Shown here piece by piece: positions 61,481-64,000 of a stretch of DNA of 64,000 nucleotides. A model generated the notes under the pieces. It did not search any database. It saw only the letters and a list, made by a program, of their open reading frames with translations, and was not told the origin of the DNA. The translations under genes and the position numbers were made by a program. How positions within the stretch are numbered: position 1 is the first letter of the stretch; each line of letters begins with the position of its first letter. The DNA comes from Psammoneis japonica (lineage: Eukaryota): assembly GCA_008632985.1 (NCBI GenBank), contig QPGO01000100.1:176388-240387 (forward strand). Direction: 5' to 3'.

Positions 61481-64000
61481 TTGATTGAAATGTCCTCACA
61501 AAAGGCACAGGCAGTGCCAGTGAGGCAGCGGTTCTTGCAAGTCCTTTTCCTGAAATGCGTGCCTGAGGAGACAATGCCACCAGCTGCCTCAAGTCATTGA
61601 GGCACAGCTCACAAGCCACCCAACACAAGATTTCAGCCATGCAGCAGTGGGGAGATTGGTCAATGCCAGCCATGGCACAAAAAAGAGTTGTGGAATGTCA
61701 GCATGCTCAAAGACTGTTGGTTGTCAAGTTTGCATCTGCACACAACCCCAGCCCACACTGGACACATTGGTGCCATTGACTCAATTTTTAACAGGAGCAA
61801 GAGTGGCTGCACCCTCACTGCTGTTTTTGCTTGCACTTCAACAGGAAGCAATCCAAGGCACCAGATGTCAAGATGCCTGCCAGTCATCTCTCATGTTTCT
61901 TTGCAGGCAAAACTCCAAAAAAATTCATGCACTTTGTTGTGTGGGTGCCACGTGCCCCCGCAAAACAAACACAATGCCTGCGAGCACCAGAAAATGTGTG
62001 TGGTTGGCATGCCACCACGGCCTCCACACACAGTTGCACCTCCCCTTCCAACAGGCCAGACAACAAAATGAAACCTGATTTCTGTGTTTAAAGTGCTGCT
62101 GCACTTCTGCCCTGCAACTCTGGCAACAAGCTGACCCACACCTCCAGCGCATCATTTGCTCTGGCAGGGATGTGCAACAGTTGGTCAAGATTGATGCCAC
62201 AAGGCTGTGGCACCCACCAGAAACAGCTGGCAGCAACAAAAACAGGGCCAGCAAATGAGACTTCAAAAGAAGCAAAGCACTTGACACTGCAGTTGGGCCT
62301 TTTTCTTGGGATTGGATCTGGCGGCAAAGGCAAAACAGGCAGTCTGGAAAAGTTTTAACATGAGGTGGAGCAGGACATGACAAATTAACCACAACCTCAT
62401 GCTGAGCTGGTCTCAAATTCAGACTGGTGGGAGCAGCAATGATGGAGGATTGTTTGCCACATGGAGTCCTCAAGAACTTAAACAGACAATGGGCAGAAGG
62501 GGAGTTGTTGATGCCGGAGAGGCATGGACCAAGAGCAGTTGACAGTTCGGCAAGTTGATCATCTGAAATGACCTTTGAGACATGCAGAAAATGTGCTGAA
62601 ACTTGTGCAAACTTGTCGGCACACAGAAGCAGACAGGCCAATGCACGCTGAGTTGGACCCAACTTCAAACTCCTGAAAACAGCCACATGAACCAGGGGAC
62701 TTCAATTGACAACAGGTGGAAGGGGGGTTGTTGACACTTGAGAGGTGTGGAGAGAGAGCAGTTGACAGTTTTGCAAGTTTTCCATCTAAAATGACTTGCA
62801 CGACACGCAGAATTTGCACTGAAACTTGCATGAAAACTTTGCACACAAGAAGAAAAAATGCTGAAAGAACACCACCGAGCAAATGAACCACATCAACAAA
62901 GAATTGGCGGTCTGAACAGGCAGGCAGGAACCATCATCACACCATCAGAGAAAGGTGACATCTGTGCCAGAGCTTGTTGCATGGAAAAATGCACAGAGGG
63001 TGCAGCAGCCGCAAAACTGAGGCAGAATTGTCCAACAGGCCAGACAGTCATGGCACTGGTGTGAACCACATGATGACAGCAAATGTCATGCCAGATTTCA
63101 CAGAGCAAGCAAGCAGAGAGAGCAGCCACAGACGCTTTGCCCACATTTCAAGTGCAACTCAAACAATGAAGCTTTCTGCTGCCTCAAAAAACACCCACCT
63201 TGCTTTTTGCTGTTGAAGCAACCAGAGTGCTCCCAGCCAGATGTGATGCACCAAGTTTTGTCTCCTTGTCAAGCTCTTCTCACAGTCCCTTCCATGTTGT
63301 GCCAAGCTGCCATCCACAACAAATGGCTTTTGCACATCAGAGCAGAAAGCTTTTTTCACAAACAATGGGCTCCAGAACAGAGTGTTGCAAATGGCAGACT
63401 TGTGACAAGGTGAAAGCCGCATCACACACTGACAACCACTTGCTCTTCTCTGTTTGTTGGCACCCATCTCTCTTGCTCTTTTTTTTCTCCTCTTTAAACA
63501 CAGCTTCAAGCCAAATCTGGAACAGCATGAAACATCTGCTGGAGCTCAAAAAAGGGTCTGTTGTTTGATTCTGGCATCCAGATTTCTCAGAATGACAAAG
63601 CGACAGGTGAGCTGTTTTGGTCTCATCCTCGAGGCACCTGTCAAAAGCTTTCCTTTGCAAAGACAGGTTCCACCCCCCCCCTTTAAGTGGCTTGTTCTCT
63701 TGCACCATCATGTGCAACCAAAGAGATGGTTTGAAGTTTGCAGCAGTTGCAGCACACTGATTGCAAGTGCACCAGTCATTGCTTCTTTGCAGTGGTCTGG
63801 CACTCCTGTCGAAACAATCATGTTTCTTCTTGAGCTGTTGCTGTGATGCCAGCAAATGATGGGTGGACACTTCTGCACCTGGCATGTGCAAATCAGAAAC
63901 TGACAGAGGTGGTGAAAACAATGCTGGACTTGCCAGACAACAAAGAACTGGATGATGAGTGCCCGCATTGCCAACAACTGACAATCTAAATTGGGTGGCA
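61480..64000. repeat. Continuation of TpA/CpG-eroded domain 7, with a ~225-bp tandem pair at 62495-62845
   Basis: AGAGCAGTTGACAGTT near 62532 and 62755. TA and CG nearly absent. Confidence 0.6.

Noticed and set aside
41850..64000. Dozens of 60-250 aa Cys/His/Gln-rich ORFs in the eroded domains
   Set aside because: They overlap in all frames, are nearly Tyr-free and lack recognisable motifs. Loss of TAA/TAG stops explains them.
10620..64000. Fungal-type RIP as the cause of the compositional domains
   Set aside because: RIP raises TpA and lowers CpA/TpG. The opposite pattern is seen here.
1..64000. tRNA, rRNA or other structured RNA genes
   Set aside because: None recognised by eye. tRNAscan-SE or Infernal would be needed to exclude them.

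Overview
Gene-dense eukaryotic DNA, most likely a diatom. This is an inference from short GT-AG introns, bipartite plastid-type signal peptides and the stramenopile-like gene set. About 17 host genes or gene relics are recognisable: tRNase Z, mitochondrial ribosome recycling factor, an MFS-TLDc fusion, an Ariadne RBR ligase, a Cys-rich secreted protein, a PGAP1-like hydrolase, NAD-GPDH, two paralogous multi-TM class-3 lipase genes, a plastid membrane protein, SulP, TM9SF, a 2OG-Fe(II) oxygenase, an ISG12-like gene, a PhyA-like prolyl hydroxylase fused to a Gnt1-like GlcNAc transferase, a 2-oxoglutarate/malate carrier and an Asp-box relic. They alternate with seven repeat or transposon-derived domains totalling roughly 27 kb. 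In those domains the dinucleotide TpA is almost absent, CpG is variably lost, and TpG/CpA dominate. Four internal copy pairs (two LTRs, a tandem duplication, a captured gene fragment and tandem units) show TA->TG/CA as well as CG->TG/CA changes. This points to a repeat-targeted hypermutation process that runs opposite to fungal RIP, and it is the main candidate for an undescribed system. Many host genes carry single-base indels in short homopolymers, probably long-read consensus errors, so their CDS ends are approximate.
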